32,000 bases of DNA from Delftia acidovorans NBRC 14950 (GCF_001598795.1 NZ_BCZP01000007.1:60001-92000), one strand, 5' to 3'. Shown: positions 16,200 to 26,693, numbered from the stretch's first letter. The notes: generated from the letters alone by a model not told the origin. Numbers and translations: made by a program.

Positions 16200-17159
16200 T
16201 CAGGCCTGCAGTTGCTGCTCGAGGTCGTGCAGGACCTGATAGCAGGGCAGCACCTGGGCCACGCTGGAATTGGGCTCGCGGCCTTCGCGGATGGCGGCGA
16301 AGAACTCGCGGTCCTGCAGCTCGATGCCGTTCATGGACACATCGACCTTGGAAACGTCGATCTTCTCCTCCTTGCCGTTGACCAGATCGTCATAGCGCGC
16401 GATGTAGGTACCGGTGTCGCCGATGTAGCGAAAGAAGGTGCCCAGCGGGCCGTCGTTGTTGAACGACAGGCTCAGCGTGCAGATGGCGCCATTGGCGGCC
16501 TTGAGCTGGATGCTCATGTCCATGGCAATGCCCAGTTCCGGGTGGATGGGGCCTTGCACGGCATTGGCCTTCACGATGGGGCTGCCGGCCTGGTAGGCGA
16601 ACAGGTCCACGGTGTGGGCGGCGTGGTGCCACAGCAGGTGATCGGTCCAGCTGCGGGCCTGGCCCAGCGCATTCATGTTGGTGCGGCGGAAGAAGTAGGT
16701 CTGCACATCCATCTGCTGGATGTTGAACTCGCCGGCCGCGATCTTCTTGTGCACCCACTGGTGGCTGGGGTTGAAGCGGCGCGTGTGGCCGCACATGGCC
16801 ACCAGGCCGGTCTGCTTTTGCAGATCGGCCACGGCCTGCGCGTCCTTGAGGCTGTCGGCCAGCGGGATCTCCACCTGCACATGCTTGCCGGCCTTCAGGC
16901 ATTCGATGGCCTGGGCTGCATGCATCTGCGTGGGCGTGCACAGGATCACGGCGTCCACCTCGGGCAGGGCCAGGCTGTCGGCCAGTTCGGTGGTCACATG
17001 CTTGATGCCGTACTTGTCGGCCACTTCCTGGGTCTTGGCCAGCTCGCGGCCCACCAGGGAGACGACTTCAACGCCGTCGATGTTCTTGATGCCGTCCAGG
17101 TGCTTGATGCCGAAGGCACCGGCGCCCGCCAGGGCGACTTTGATGGTCTTGTTGCTCAT
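16200..17159 (-). CDS. ligC: 4-carboxy-2-hydroxymuconate-6-semialdehyde dehydrogenase (LigC/PmdC)
   Basis: 319 aa, Gfo/Idh/MocA fold (KVALAGAGAFGIKH, VEIP). Its position directly after ligAB matches the pmd/lig operons. The SD GGAGA is present. Confidence 0.9.
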   Translation of the reverse strand: MSNKTIKVALAGAGAFGIKHLDGIKNIDGVEVVSLVGRELAKTQEVADKYGIKHVTTELADSLALPEVDAVILCTPTQMHAAQAIECLKAGKHVQVEIPLADSLKDAQAVADLQKQTGLVAMCGHTRRFNPSHQWVHKKIAAGEFNIQQMDVQTYFFRRTNMNALGQARSWTDHLLWHHAAHTVDLFAYQAGSPIVKANAVQGPIHPELGIAMDMSIQLKAANGAICTLSLSFNNDGPLGTFFRYIGDTGTYIARYDDLVNGKEEKIDVSKVDVSMNGIELQDREFFAAIREGREPNSSVAQVLPCYQVLHDLEQQLQA

Positions 17160-17176
17160 ATGAGTCTCCGTAGAGC

Positions 17177-17209
17177 CGCCTCAAGGAGGCGAAGGCCCCC
17201 TCGGGGGGC
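17177..17209 (-). other. Two adjacent GC-rich stem-loops in the ligB-ligC intergenic spacer
   Basis: Hairpin 1 pairs CGCCTC with GAGGCG (17177-17191, 3-nt loop). Hairpin 2 pairs GCCCCC with GGGGGC (17195-17209, 3-nt loop). No U-tract follows either one. Confidence 0.4.
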
Positions 17210-17241
17210 AGTGAATACACGCAGTGAGGAACGTGGGGGCC

Positions 17242-18568
<1,327 letters not shown>

Positions 18569-18616
18569 GGATATCTCCTTGAATATGTCCGGCACCCAGG
18601 CCGGACATGGTCGCCT

Positions 18617-19534
18617 TCAGGCCTCTTCGGGCCAGTAAAGGCGCATGGGGTTGTCCACCAGCAGCTTGCGCTGCAGTTCGGCCGTGGGGGCGATGTGCGG
18701 GATGAAATCGACCAGCAGGCCGTCATCGGGCATGTGGTCCTTGAGGTTGGGGTGGGGCCAGTCGGTTCCCCACAGCACGCGGTCGGGGAATTCCTCGACC
18801 ACGCGGCGGGCGAAGGGCACCACGTCACGGTAGGCATTTTGCTCGCCGTCCAGCGCCTTGGGGCCGGTGACGGACAGGCGCTCGGGGCAGCTGACCTTGC
18901 TCCAGACGTTCTGGTGCTCGCGCATGAACTTGAGGAACAGCTCGAACTCGGGGCCGTCCACGGGCTTGTTCACATCGGGGCGGCCCATGTGGTCCACGAC
19001 CACGGTGGTGGGCAGGCTGGTGAAGAAGTCCCACAGCTCGGGCAGGTCCACGGCCTCGAAGTAGATGACCACATGCCAGCCCAGCTTGGCGATGCGGCCC
19101 GCGATCTCCATCAGCTCGTCCTTGGGCGTGAAGTCCACCAGGCGCTTGACGAAGTTGAAGCGCACGCCGCGCACGCCGGCGGCGTGCAGCTCCTGCAGCT
19201 CCTCGTCGGTCACGCTGCGGCGCACCGTGGCCACGCCGCGCGCCTTGCCGTTGGCGGCCTTGCAGGCATCGACCATGGCGCGGTTGTCGGCGCCGTGGCA
19301 GGTGGCCTGCACGATGACGTTGCGCGCAAAGCCCAGGTGGTCGCGCAGCGCGAACAGCTGCTGCTTGCTGGCGTCGCAGGGTGTGTACTTGCGCTCGGGC
19401 GCGAAGGGGAATTCATCGCCGGGGCCGAAGACGTGGCAGTGGGCATCGACAGCGCCTGCGGGCACCTGGAACTTCGGCTTGGAGGGGCCGGCGTACCAGT
19501 CCAGCCAGCCGGGGGTCTTCTCGAAATTGCTCAT
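18617..19534 (-). CDS. ligI: 2-pyrone-4,6-dicarboxylate hydrolase (LigI/PmdD)
   Basis: ORF 18617..19726, trimmed to the ATG at 19534 with the SD GAGGAGGAG. It is an amidohydrolase_2 protein with DAHCHVF...DHMGRP...WGTDWPHP motifs. Confidence 0.9.
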   Translation of the reverse strand: MSNFEKTPGWLDWYAGPSKPKFQVPAGAVDAHCHVFGPGDEFPFAPERKYTPCDASKQQLFALRDHLGFARNVIVQATCHGADNRAMVDACKAANGKARGVATVRRSVTDEELQELHAAGVRGVRFNFVKRLVDFTPKDELMEIAGRIAKLGWHVVIYFEAVDLPELWDFFTSLPTTVVVDHMGRPDVNKPVDGPEFELFLKFMREHQNVWSKVSCPERLSVTGPKALDGEQNAYRDVVPFARRVVEEFPDRVLWGTDWPHPNLKDHMPDDGLLVDFIPHIAPTAELQRKLLVDNPMRLYWPEEA

Positions 19535-19547
19535 GCGCTTCTCCTCC

Positions 19548-20231
19548 TCAATCGATATAGCGCAAGCCGGCCTTTTCCAGGGGCTCGCGCATCTTGTACA
19601 TGTCCAGGCCCAGCACGCCGGAAGCCAGCTTGGCGCGCTTCTCGCCCTCGAAGCTTTCGCGCTTTTGCGCGGCTTCCAGCGTGGCGGCGGCCTTGGCGGC
19701 GGGCACGCAGACCACGCCGTCATCATCGGCCACGATCACGTCGCCGGGCGTGACCCACATGCCTGCGCAGACCACCGGGATGTTGACCGAGCCCAGCGTG
19801 GCCTTGATCGTGCCCTTGGAGGAGATGGCGCGGCTCCACACGGGGAAGTTCATCTCCTGCAGCGTCTTCACGTCGCGCACGCCGGCGTCGATGATCAGCG
19901 CCCGTGCGCCGCGCGCCTGAAAGCTCGTGGCCAGCAGGTCGCCGAAGTAGCCGTCCGTGCATTCCGAGGTCACGGCCGCGACCACGATGTCGCCGGGCTG
20001 GATCTGCTCTGCGGCCACATGCATCATCCAGTTGTCGCCGGGCTGCAGCAGCACGGTGACGGCCGTTCCCGAGACCTGCTGGCCCGCATAGATGGGACGC
20101 ATATAGGGCTTGAGCAGGCCCACGCGGCCCATGGCCTCGTGGACGGTGGCCGAGCCCAGGGCGGCCAGGCCATCGGCGGCCGCGCGGTCGGCGCGCTGGA
20201 TGTTGCGGTAAACCACACCGAGTTCGTACAT
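19548..20231 (-). CDS. ligK: 4-carboxy-4-hydroxy-2-oxoadipate aldolase / oxaloacetate decarboxylase (LigK/PmdF)
   Basis: 227 aa, RraA-like class II aldolase ([35 protein letters not shown]). Its operon position matches pmdF. Confidence 0.9.
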   Translation of the reverse strand: MYELGVVYRNIQRADRAAADGLAALGSATVHEAMGRVGLLKPYMRPIYAGQQVSGTAVTVLLQPGDNWMMHVAAEQIQPGDIVVAAVTSECTDGYFGDLLATSFQARGARALIIDAGVRDVKTLQEMNFPVWSRAISSKGTIKATLGSVNIPVVCAGMWVTPGDVIVADDDGVVCVPAAKAAATLEAAQKRESFEGEKRAKLASGVLGLDMYKMREPLEKAGLRYID

Positions 20232-20264
20232 GGTGTTCTCCTTGGATCTGTGGTGGCGGCCTGC

Positions 20265-21293
20265 TTACAGGCCCTTTTGCTTGAGGGCGGCGTCCATGCG
20301 CGGGAACACGCGGCGCGCATTGCCTTCGTAGACCTGGTAGCGCTCCTCTTCGGTGAGGTTGGCCGTGGCCTCGATGTAGCGCTTGGTGTCGTCGTAGTAG
20401 TGGCCCGTGGTCGGGTCGATGCCGCGCACGGCACCGATCATCTCACTGGCGAACAGGATGTTCTTGACGGGGATCACCTTGGTCAACAGGTCGATGCCGG
20501 GCTGGTGGTAGACGCAGGTGTCGAAGAAGATGTTGTTGAGCAGGTGCTCGTCCAGCAGCGGCTTCTTGAGCTCCTGCGCCAGGCCGCGGAAACGGCCCCA
20601 GTGGTAGGGCACGGCGCCGCCGCCATGGGGGATCAGGAACTTGAGCGTGGGGAAGTCCTTGAACAGGTCGCTGGTCAGGCACTGCATGAAGGCCGTGGTG
20701 TCGGCATTCAGGTAGTGGGCGCCCGTGGTGTGGAAGCACGCGTTGCAGCTGGTGGAGACATGGACCATCGCGGGGATGTCGTACTCCACCATCTTTTCGT
20801 AGATGGGATACCAGGAGCGGTCCGACAGCGGGGGCGAGGTCCAGTGGCCGCCTGAAGGATCGGGGTTCAGGTTGATGCCCACGTTGCCGTACTGCTCCAC
20901 GCACTTGACCAGTTCGGGAATGCAGGTGGCAGGGTCCACGCCCGGCGACTGCGGCAGCATGGCGGCCGGGATGAAATGCTCGGGGAACAGCTCGCTGACG
21001 CGGAAGCACAGCTCGTTGCAGATGGCGGCCCAGGTGCTCGATGTCTGGAAGTCGCCGATGTGGTGGGCCATGAAGCTGGCGCGCGGGCTGAAGATGGTGA
21101 GATCGGAGCCGCGCTGCTTCATCAGCTTGAGCTGGTTGGTCTCGATGGTCTCGCGGATCTCGTCGTCGCTGATCTTCAGGTCGCTGGCCCTGGGGGCCTT
21201 GGACGGGTCCTTGAGGCCTGCGATCTGCAGGTCGCGCCAGGCGCCCAGGGCCGCGGGCGCGGTGGTGTAGTGGCCGTGTACGTCGATGATCAT
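20265..21293 (-). CDS. ligJ: 4-oxalomesaconate hydratase (LigJ/PmdE)
   Basis: 342 aa amidohydrolase-fold protein. It begins MIIDVHGHYTT, and its operon position matches pmdE. Confidence 0.9.
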   Translation of the reverse strand: MIIDVHGHYTTAPAALGAWRDLQIAGLKDPSKAPRASDLKISDDEIRETIETNQLKLMKQRGSDLTIFSPRASFMAHHIGDFQTSSTWAAICNELCFRVSELFPEHFIPAAMLPQSPGVDPATCIPELVKCVEQYGNVGINLNPDPSGGHWTSPPLSDRSWYPIYEKMVEYDIPAMVHVSTSCNACFHTTGAHYLNADTTAFMQCLTSDLFKDFPTLKFLIPHGGGAVPYHWGRFRGLAQELKKPLLDEHLLNNIFFDTCVYHQPGIDLLTKVIPVKNILFASEMIGAVRGIDPTTGHYYDDTKRYIEATANLTEEERYQVYEGNARRVFPRMDAALKQKGL

Positions 21294-21330
21294 CGGATGG
21301 TCTCCTGCGTCTTTATGGGGTGGGAATGTG

Positions 21331-22713
21331 TCAGTGGAGGGGAGTGGCAGGCGCCGCGCCGCCTTGCGGCTCGGGACTGCTGTACTGCTTGATGATGAGG
21401 GCGGCCATGGCGATCACGCCAGGAATGGCCACCACGGCAAAGATCTCGCTGAAACCCAGCTGGCGCGCCGACAGCTCGGCCACCAGGAAGGAGCCCGCAA
21501 TGCCGCCGAAGCGGCCAATGCCCAGCATCCAGGCCACGCCCGTGGCACGGCCCCGCGTGGGGTAGTAGGCAGCGGCCAGCGCCGGCATGGACGATTGCGC
21601 GGTGTTCATGATGGTGCCGGCCAGGAAGACGGCCACCACCAGCCAGCCCAGGTGGCCGGCCGTCTGGCCTATCCACCAGATGGAGGCCGCCGTCAGCGCA
21701 TAGCCGATGGCGATGATGCGGTTGGCATTGAAGCGGTCCATGAGCCAGCCGAACAGCACGGCGCCCACGCCGCCCAGCGGGAACAGCGCGGCCACCAGGG
21801 TGCCGGTCTTGGGGTCCAGGCCCGCTTCCTTGAACAGCACGGGCATCCAGTTCATCAGCGCATAGAAGATGACCAGTCCCATGAAGTAGGCGATCCACAG
21901 CATGATCGAGCCCACCCGGTACTCGCGCGACAGCACCACGCCCATGCCGCTGCTGGCCTGGGATTCGGGCTGGGGCTTGGACTCGGTCATCACGAAGCGC
22001 TGCACGCCCTGCACGGCATCACCGGCAATGCGCGCCAGCACCTTGCGGATGCGTTCGGCCGGGTAGTTGTTGGCCACCATGTGGCGCACCGACTCGGGCA
22101 GCAGCACGACCAGGGCCACCAGCAGCAGCAGCGGCGCGGCACCGCCCAGGATGAGCACGCTGCGCCAGCCGAAATGGGGGATCATCCAGGCCGCCAGGAA
22201 ACCGCCGAAGGCCGCGCCCAGCGGAAAGCCGCAGAACATGGCGTTGGTCAGCGTGGCGCGGCGCGAATCAGGGCAGTACTCACTCATCAGCGTGACGGCA
22301 TTGGGCATGGCGGCGCCCAGGCCCAGGCCGGTGACGAAGCGCAGCACGGCCAGCGTCCAGATGTCGGGCGAAAAGCCCGAGGCCAGGCAGGACACGGCAA
22401 ACACCGCCACCGAACCCACCAGCACGGTCTTGCGGCCCAGCCGGTCGGCCAGCGGACCAGAGAACAGGGCGCCTGCGGCCAGGCCGAACAGCGCCGCGCT
22501 GAGCACGGGCGCCAGCGCAGGCTTGCTCACGCCCCACTCGCCGATCAGCGAGGGCGCGATGTAGCCGATGGCCGCCGTGTCAAAGCCATCGAGCAGGACG
22601 ATCAGGAAACACAGCGCAAAAATCACCCACTGGAATCCCGAGAACGGGTGCTCGTTGAGCAGGGTCTGCACATTGACGCCGGTTGCTGCGGCGTCCTTCT
22701 GGACGGATGTCAT
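21331..22713 (-). CDS. pcaK: MFS aromatic acid:H+ symporter (PcaK/PmdK-like protocatechuate/4-hydroxybenzoate transporter)
   Basis: ORF 21331..23025, trimmed to the ATG at 22713. The sequence FQWVIFALCFLIVLLDGFDTAAIGYIAPSL...GPLADRLGRK is typical of the AAHS family. Length is 460 aa. Confidence 0.85.
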   Translation of the reverse strand: MTSVQKDAAATGVNVQTLLNEHPFSGFQWVIFALCFLIVLLDGFDTAAIGYIAPSLIGEWGVSKPALAPVLSAALFGLAAGALFSGPLADRLGRKTVLVGSVAVFAVSCLASGFSPDIWTLAVLRFVTGLGLGAAMPNAVTLMSEYCPDSRRATLTNAMFCGFPLGAAFGGFLAAWMIPHFGWRSVLILGGAAPLLLLVALVVLLPESVRHMVANNYPAERIRKVLARIAGDAVQGVQRFVMTESKPQPESQASSGMGVVLSREYRVGSIMLWIAYFMGLVIFYALMNWMPVLFKEAGLDPKTGTLVAALFPLGGVGAVLFGWLMDRFNANRIIAIGYALTAASIWWIGQTAGHLGWLVVAVFLAGTIMNTAQSSMPALAAAYYPTRGRATGVAWMLGIGRFGGIAGSFLVAELSARQLGFSEIFAVVAIPGVIAMAALIIKQYSSPEPQGGAAPATPLH

Positions 22714-22814
22714 GACTTGTCTCTTCCACTGTCTCTCAGCCTGGCGGATACCGCATCTGCGCGCGCGGCCCGCCCCTTGTACCGCAGGGGCCGGCAAGCC
22801 CCTGCGCTGTTTCT

Positions 22815-23939
22815 TCAGTCCTGCCTGCGGCCGTCCCAGACCGAGCGCGGCACCATCACCTCGCCGCGCATCAGCAGGCGCGCCGTGCGCAGCAAGGCGG
22901 CCTTGGTCACCACCTCGGGATGGGCCGGGTCGCTGTCCAGCGTCACGCTGAATTCGCCCGTGGGATGCTCCACCGACACCGTGAGCGGGCCCGCGCCCTG
23001 CGTGAGCTGCGCCACGCCGTCGCACACGGTGCCCGGCATCTTCACGGCCGTGCCGACGGTGACGGCTGCCAGCACGCCGATGGCGTCATGGCAGACGTGG
23101 GGGATGAAGCTGCGCGTGGTCAGCGCGCCGCCATGCTGGGGCGGCGCGATCAGCGTCATCTTGGGGTAGTTCTTGGCCGAGACATCGCCCAGGCCCATGG
23201 TCCGGGAGATCTGCAGGCGCAGCGCCTCGATGCGGCGCTTGAGATCGGTGTCGGCGTTGAGCTCGGCCACGGTCTCCAGGCCGGTGGCGCCCACGTCGGC
23301 GGCCTTGAAGATCACCAGCGGCATGCCGTTGTCTATGCAGGTGACGTCAAGCGTGAAGTCTTCGAAACCCTCGCCCGTCACCGTGACCGTGTCCCGGGGC
23401 TTGCCCGTGGGCAGCAGGCCCGAGCAGACCGAGCCGGCCGTGTCCAGAAAGCTGATTTCGATGGGTGCCGAGCTGCCCGGCGCGCCGTCGATGCGGGCCG
23501 AGCCTTCGTACTCCACCTGGCCGCCGGGCGTCTGCACGGTGATGTCGGCCGCCATGCCGGTGTTCAGCGTCAGCACGCGGAAGGTGCTGGTCTCGCCGCG
23601 CGATGAGACCATGCCGGTCTCCAGCGCAAAGGGAACTACGCCGGCCAGCATGTTGCCGCAGTTGGGCGTGGTGTCCACCGTGTCCTTGTCGGGCTGCAGC
23701 TGGGCGAAGAGGAATTCGAGGTCGATGCCTTCCTTGTCGGAGAGGCTGACGATGCCGACCTTGCTGGTCAGCGGATGCGCGCCACCCACGCCGTCGATCT
23801 GCCGCTTGTCGGGCGAGCCCATGGCCGCAAGCAGCACGCGGTCGCGCGTGGGCAGGTCGGAGGGAAGATCGGTGGCCCGGAAGAAGGGGCCCTTGGAAGT
23901 ACCGCCCCGCATCAGCAGGCAGGGAATGGCCGTTTGCAT
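22815..23939 (-). CDS. ligU: 4-oxalomesaconate tautomerase (LigU/PmdU, PrpF superfamily)
   Basis: ORF 22815..24098, trimmed to the ATG at 23939. The sequence MQTAIPCLLMRGGTSKGPFF...TPNCGNML is the PrpF/LigU signature. It is the first gene of the operon, as in pmdUKEFDABC. Confidence 0.85.
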   Translation of the reverse strand: MQTAIPCLLMRGGTSKGPFFRATDLPSDLPTRDRVLLAAMGSPDKRQIDGVGGAHPLTSKVGIVSLSDKEGIDLEFLFAQLQPDKDTVDTTPNCGNMLAGVVPFALETGMVSSRGETSTFRVLTLNTGMAADITVQTPGGQVEYEGSARIDGAPGSSAPIEISFLDTAGSVCSGLLPTGKPRDTVTVTGEGFEDFTLDVTCIDNGMPLVIFKAADVGATGLETVAELNADTDLKRRIEALRLQISRTMGLGDVSAKNYPKMTLIAPPQHGGALTTRSFIPHVCHDAIGVLAAVTVGTAVKMPGTVCDGVAQLTQGAGPLTVSVEHPTGEFSVTLDSDPAHPEVVTKAALLRTARLLMRGEVMVPRSVWDGRRQD

Positions 23940-24017
23940 GGCTGTCTCTATCAGTATGGGTATGACAGCTATTGTGAGCATGGCGCGGGCCAGGCACCAC
24001 TGAGCAAGCCCGCTAGC

Positions 24018-24040
24018 AGCTATAGCAAACCGGCATAGCT
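24018..24040. promoter_or_regulatory. Candidate LysR-type recognition site upstream of ligU/pmdU
   Basis: AGCTAT-N11-ATAGCT is a perfect 6-bp inverted repeat that embeds the T-N11-A motif. It lies 79-101 nt upstream of the ligU ATG. Confidence 0.35.
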
Positions 24041-24062
24041 CAGTGCCAGGCTTGCGCTGCGG

Positions 24063-24086
24063 GTTGCGGCGCCCGTGCGCCGCAAC
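24063..24086. terminator. Perfect 10-bp GC-rich hairpin between the secreted-protein gene and the pmd promoter region
   Basis: The sequence is GTTGCGGCGC-ccgt-GCGCCGCAAC. There is no adjacent U-tract on the minus strand, and a T-run on the plus strand appears only about 15 nt later. Orientation and function are therefore uncertain; it may act as an insulator or terminator. Confidence 0.3.
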
Positions 24087-24119
24087 TGCTTGATACAACT
24101 TATTTTTGTGCGGTGCCGC

Positions 24120-24638
24120 TCAATCGCGGCCATGACCCCGGCCGCGATCATGGCCATGCCCGGGGCCACGGTGGTCATCACCACGCCCGCCATGGCGATC
24201 GTGGCGGTCGTCACGGTCCCAGCGGCGGTCATCGCGGCGGTGTTCCCATTCGCGGTGGCGGCGCTCCTCGCGCCAGCGCGGATCGGGACGCGGCGGCCCG
24301 GCATGCCAGTGCGGCGGCGGGTTGCGCAGGAAGTACACCGGGCGGCCACAGGCGCCGTAGCGGGCACAGTGCTTGCCCCAGTGCTTGGCGTGGCCCGGGG
24401 GCACCCACATGTAGACAGGCGGCGGGGCCATGGGGGCCGGCGCAATGATCACGGGGCGCTGGTACAGCAGCGCTGGCGGCGGCGCGTTGCCGATGTCCAC
24501 GGTGCCGTAGACGCCCGGTGCCAGCTGGCCCGAGACCGAGCCGCTGATATAGGTCTGCGCCTGGGCCGCAAGGGCCGAGCAGGCCAGCGCAAAGGCGGCC
24601 GCGGCGCGCAAGGTGGTTCGCAAGGTGAGCAGGGCCAT
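24120..24638 (-). CDS. Secreted hypothetical protein with a Pro-rich core, a two-Cys motif and an Arg/His/Asp-rich C-terminal tail
   Basis: ORF 24120..24737, trimmed to the ATG at 24638. The signal peptide is MALLTLRTTLRAAAAFALACSALAAQA-QT. The core is ...VPPGHAKHWGKHCARYGACGRPVYF.... The tail is RWREERRHREWEHRRDDRRWDRDDRHDRHGGRGDDHRGPGHGHDRGRGHGRD. GC3 is high on this strand. Confidence 0.65.
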   Translation of the reverse strand: MALLTLRTTLRAAAAFALACSALAAQAQTYISGSVSGQLAPGVYGTVDIGNAPPPALLYQRPVIIAPAPMAPPPVYMWVPPGHAKHWGKHCARYGACGRPVYFLRNPPPHWHAGPPRPDPRWREERRHREWEHRRDDRRWDRDDRHDRHGGRGDDHRGPGHGHDRGRGHGRD

Positions 24639-24822
24639 GTTCTTTTGAAGTGGGTGAAACAGGAAAGGCCCCGTTTCTACCAAGCGCGCGGGGCCGCGTG
24701 GGCCGCTGCGCCTGAAAAGGTGTAAGAACCCGTTCAAGCCAGCGCCCGTTCCTGTTCAACGCGCCAGGGCTGCCTGCGGTGCACAACAGACCGCAATGGT
24801 CCGCTTTCTGGCCTGCACGCGC

Positions 24823-25833
24823 TCAGTCCAGCTTGAGCCGGGAATCCTTCACCACCTTCTGCCACTTGGCGATCTCGGCGCGGCGGAAGGTCTCCAGTTC
24901 GGCCGGCGTGGAGCCTATGGGCTCGGCGCCTATGCCAGCGAGCCGCTCCACGATGGCGGGTTCGCGCAGCACCTTGGCCAGCACCGTGGACAGCCGGTTC
25001 ACGATGGCCTGCGGCGTGCCGGCCGGCGCAAAGATGGCGTTCCATTCATAGGTCTCGTAGCCGGGCACGCCCGACTCGGCGATGGTCGGCAGCTCGGGCG
25101 CGGCCTTGGAGCGCTCCAGCCCGCCCACGGCCACCGCGCGCAGCTTGCCGGTCTTCACGTGCTGCCAGGCCGAGCCCATGCTGGCAAACATCAGCGGCAC
25201 CTGGCCCGACATCACATCCATCATGGCCGGGCCGCCGCCCTTGTAGGCCACATGGTGCAGCTGCGTCCTGGCCAGCAGGTTGAACAGCTCGCCCGCCAGG
25301 TGCTGGGCCGAGCCCGGGCCTGCGGACGCAAAGTACAGATGCCCGCCCCCTTCGGAGCGGCCGGCCTGGATCAGGTCCTGCACGCTCTTGATGGGGGACG
25401 ACGGCGCTACCACCAGCACATTGGGCACGCGCAGCAGCAGCGAGACCGGCGCGAAGGCCTTGAGCGTGTCGAACTGCATGCGCGCGTGGATGGCGGGGTT
25501 TTGCGCGTGGTTGGAGGCATCGAGCATCAGCGTGTAACCGTCGGGCTGGGCCTTGGCCACCTGGGCACCGCCGATCATGCCGCCTGCCCCGCCCCGGTTC
25601 TCGATCACCACGGGCTGGCCCAGCTCGGCAGACAGCCTGGGGCCGATCAGGCGCGCCACCACATCGACGGTGCCGCCCGGCGGATAGGTCACGACCAGGG
25701 TGACGGGGCGCTCGGGGTAGTTGGCCGCTGCAGCCGCTGTAGCCGCTGCGGCCGGCGCGGCCATGCCGGCAACGGCCGAAAGCAGGCCTGCGGCCGCCCA
25801 CAGGCTGGCGGTGCGTCTGGACGGGGAATTCAT
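24823..25833 (-). CDS. Bug/TctC-family substrate-binding protein (orphan, second copy)
   Basis: ORF 24823..26118, trimmed to the ATG at 25833 with the SD AAGGAGA. A signal peptide is followed by YPERPVTLVVTYPPGGTVD. The ATG overlaps the upstream stop as ATGA. Confidence 0.9.
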   Translation of the reverse strand: MNSPSRRTASLWAAAGLLSAVAGMAAPAAAATAAAAANYPERPVTLVVTYPPGGTVDVVARLIGPRLSAELGQPVVIENRGGAGGMIGGAQVAKAQPDGYTLMLDASNHAQNPAIHARMQFDTLKAFAPVSLLLRVPNVLVVAPSSPIKSVQDLIQAGRSEGGGHLYFASAGPGSAQHLAGELFNLLARTQLHHVAYKGGGPAMMDVMSGQVPLMFASMGSAWQHVKTGKLRAVAVGGLERSKAAPELPTIAESGVPGYETYEWNAIFAPAGTPQAIVNRLSTVLAKVLREPAIVERLAGIGAEPIGSTPAELETFRRAEIAKWQKVVKDSRLKLD

Positions 25834-26693
25834 GGTGTGTCTCCTTGGTTTGGCATGTCGTTTTGGAATCGGAACAGCTCGAAGGCGGTGCGGCCCAGCA
25901 CGGCCTGCAGGGGGCCGGCATCGTCCAGCCAGTCCTGCAGCCAGCGCACGGCCGCCGGATAGCTGGCCTGGCCGGCGTGCTGCGTGTGCGGCCAGTCGCT
26001 GCCCCAGAGCAACCGCCCGGCCGTGAAGGCCTGCAGCAATTGCGCGGTGGCCTGCCGGCCCGAGGCGGCGCAGTCGGCGGCCCGCCAGGTGCGGTAGGGC
26101 GCGGACAGCTTGACCCACACACGGCCGCTGTCGGCCTGCTGCAGCAGATAGCCAAAGCCCGGGTCGCGCACGCCCAGGGCCGGGTCAGGACGCCCGAAGT
26201 GGTCAACCACCACGCGGCAGCCGGCCGCCAGCAAGGCGGGCAGCAGGTCCTGCAAGCGCCCGGCCTGCAGGTGCAGCTCCACATGCCAGCCCAGGGTGTT
26301 GGCCTGCTCCAGCACGCGGCGCCAGCCGGGCGCATTCAGATCGGGCAAAGGCAGGCCGATCAGGTTCAGGCGCATGCCCACCACGCCGGCATCGGCCAGG
26401 GCCTGCAGTTGTTCATCGCCCGTGCTCTCATCCACCACGGCCACGCCGCGCAGGCGCTGCGGCTGGGCGCGCAGCGCCTGGAGCAGGTAGCTGTTGTCCG
26501 TGCCCAGAAAGCTGGGCTGCACCAGCACGCCATGGGCCAGGCCGTGCGTGTCCAGGTGGTGCAGATAGGTGCCCAGGGGCGCGTCCTCATCGGGCGCATA
26601 GCGGCGCGCATCCGGCATGGGCAGGCCACGCTCGAAGACATGGGCGTGGGTATCGACGCTGGACGCAATGGCGAACCGGGGCACGGCAGACAC
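25830..26693 (-). CDS. Amidohydrolase_2 family protein, LigI-like (putative lactone hydrolase)
   Basis: The motifs DTHAHVF...DHFGRP...WGSDWPH parallel LigI. I place the start at the GTG at 26693, which lies 8 nt after the SD AAGGAG. The ATG at 26744 is an alternative. The track start at 26804 would leave only 11 nt before the divergent LysR gene. Confidence 0.75.
   Translation of the reverse strand: MSAVPRFAIASSVDTHAHVFERGLPMPDARRYAPDEDAPLGTYLHHLDTHGLAHGVLVQPSFLGTDNSYLLQALRAQPQRLRGVAVVDESTGDEQLQALADAGVVGMRLNLIGLPLPDLNAPGWRRVLEQANTLGWHVELHLQAGRLQDLLPALLAAGCRVVVDHFGRPDPALGVRDPGFGYLLQQADSGRVWVKLSAPYRTWRAADCAASGRQATAQLLQAFTAGRLLWGSDWPHTQHAGQASYPAAVRWLQDWLDDAGPLQAVLGRTAFELFRFQNDMPNQGDTP

Noticed and set aside
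24075-24725. A 216-aa plus-strand ORF, plus other overlapping frames (24020..24445, 24229..24786), in the same locus as the secreted protein.
   Set aside because: The minus-strand frame 24120..24638 has a canonical signal peptide, high GC3 and a structured motif. The alternatives are Ala/Val/Arg-rich mirror translations.
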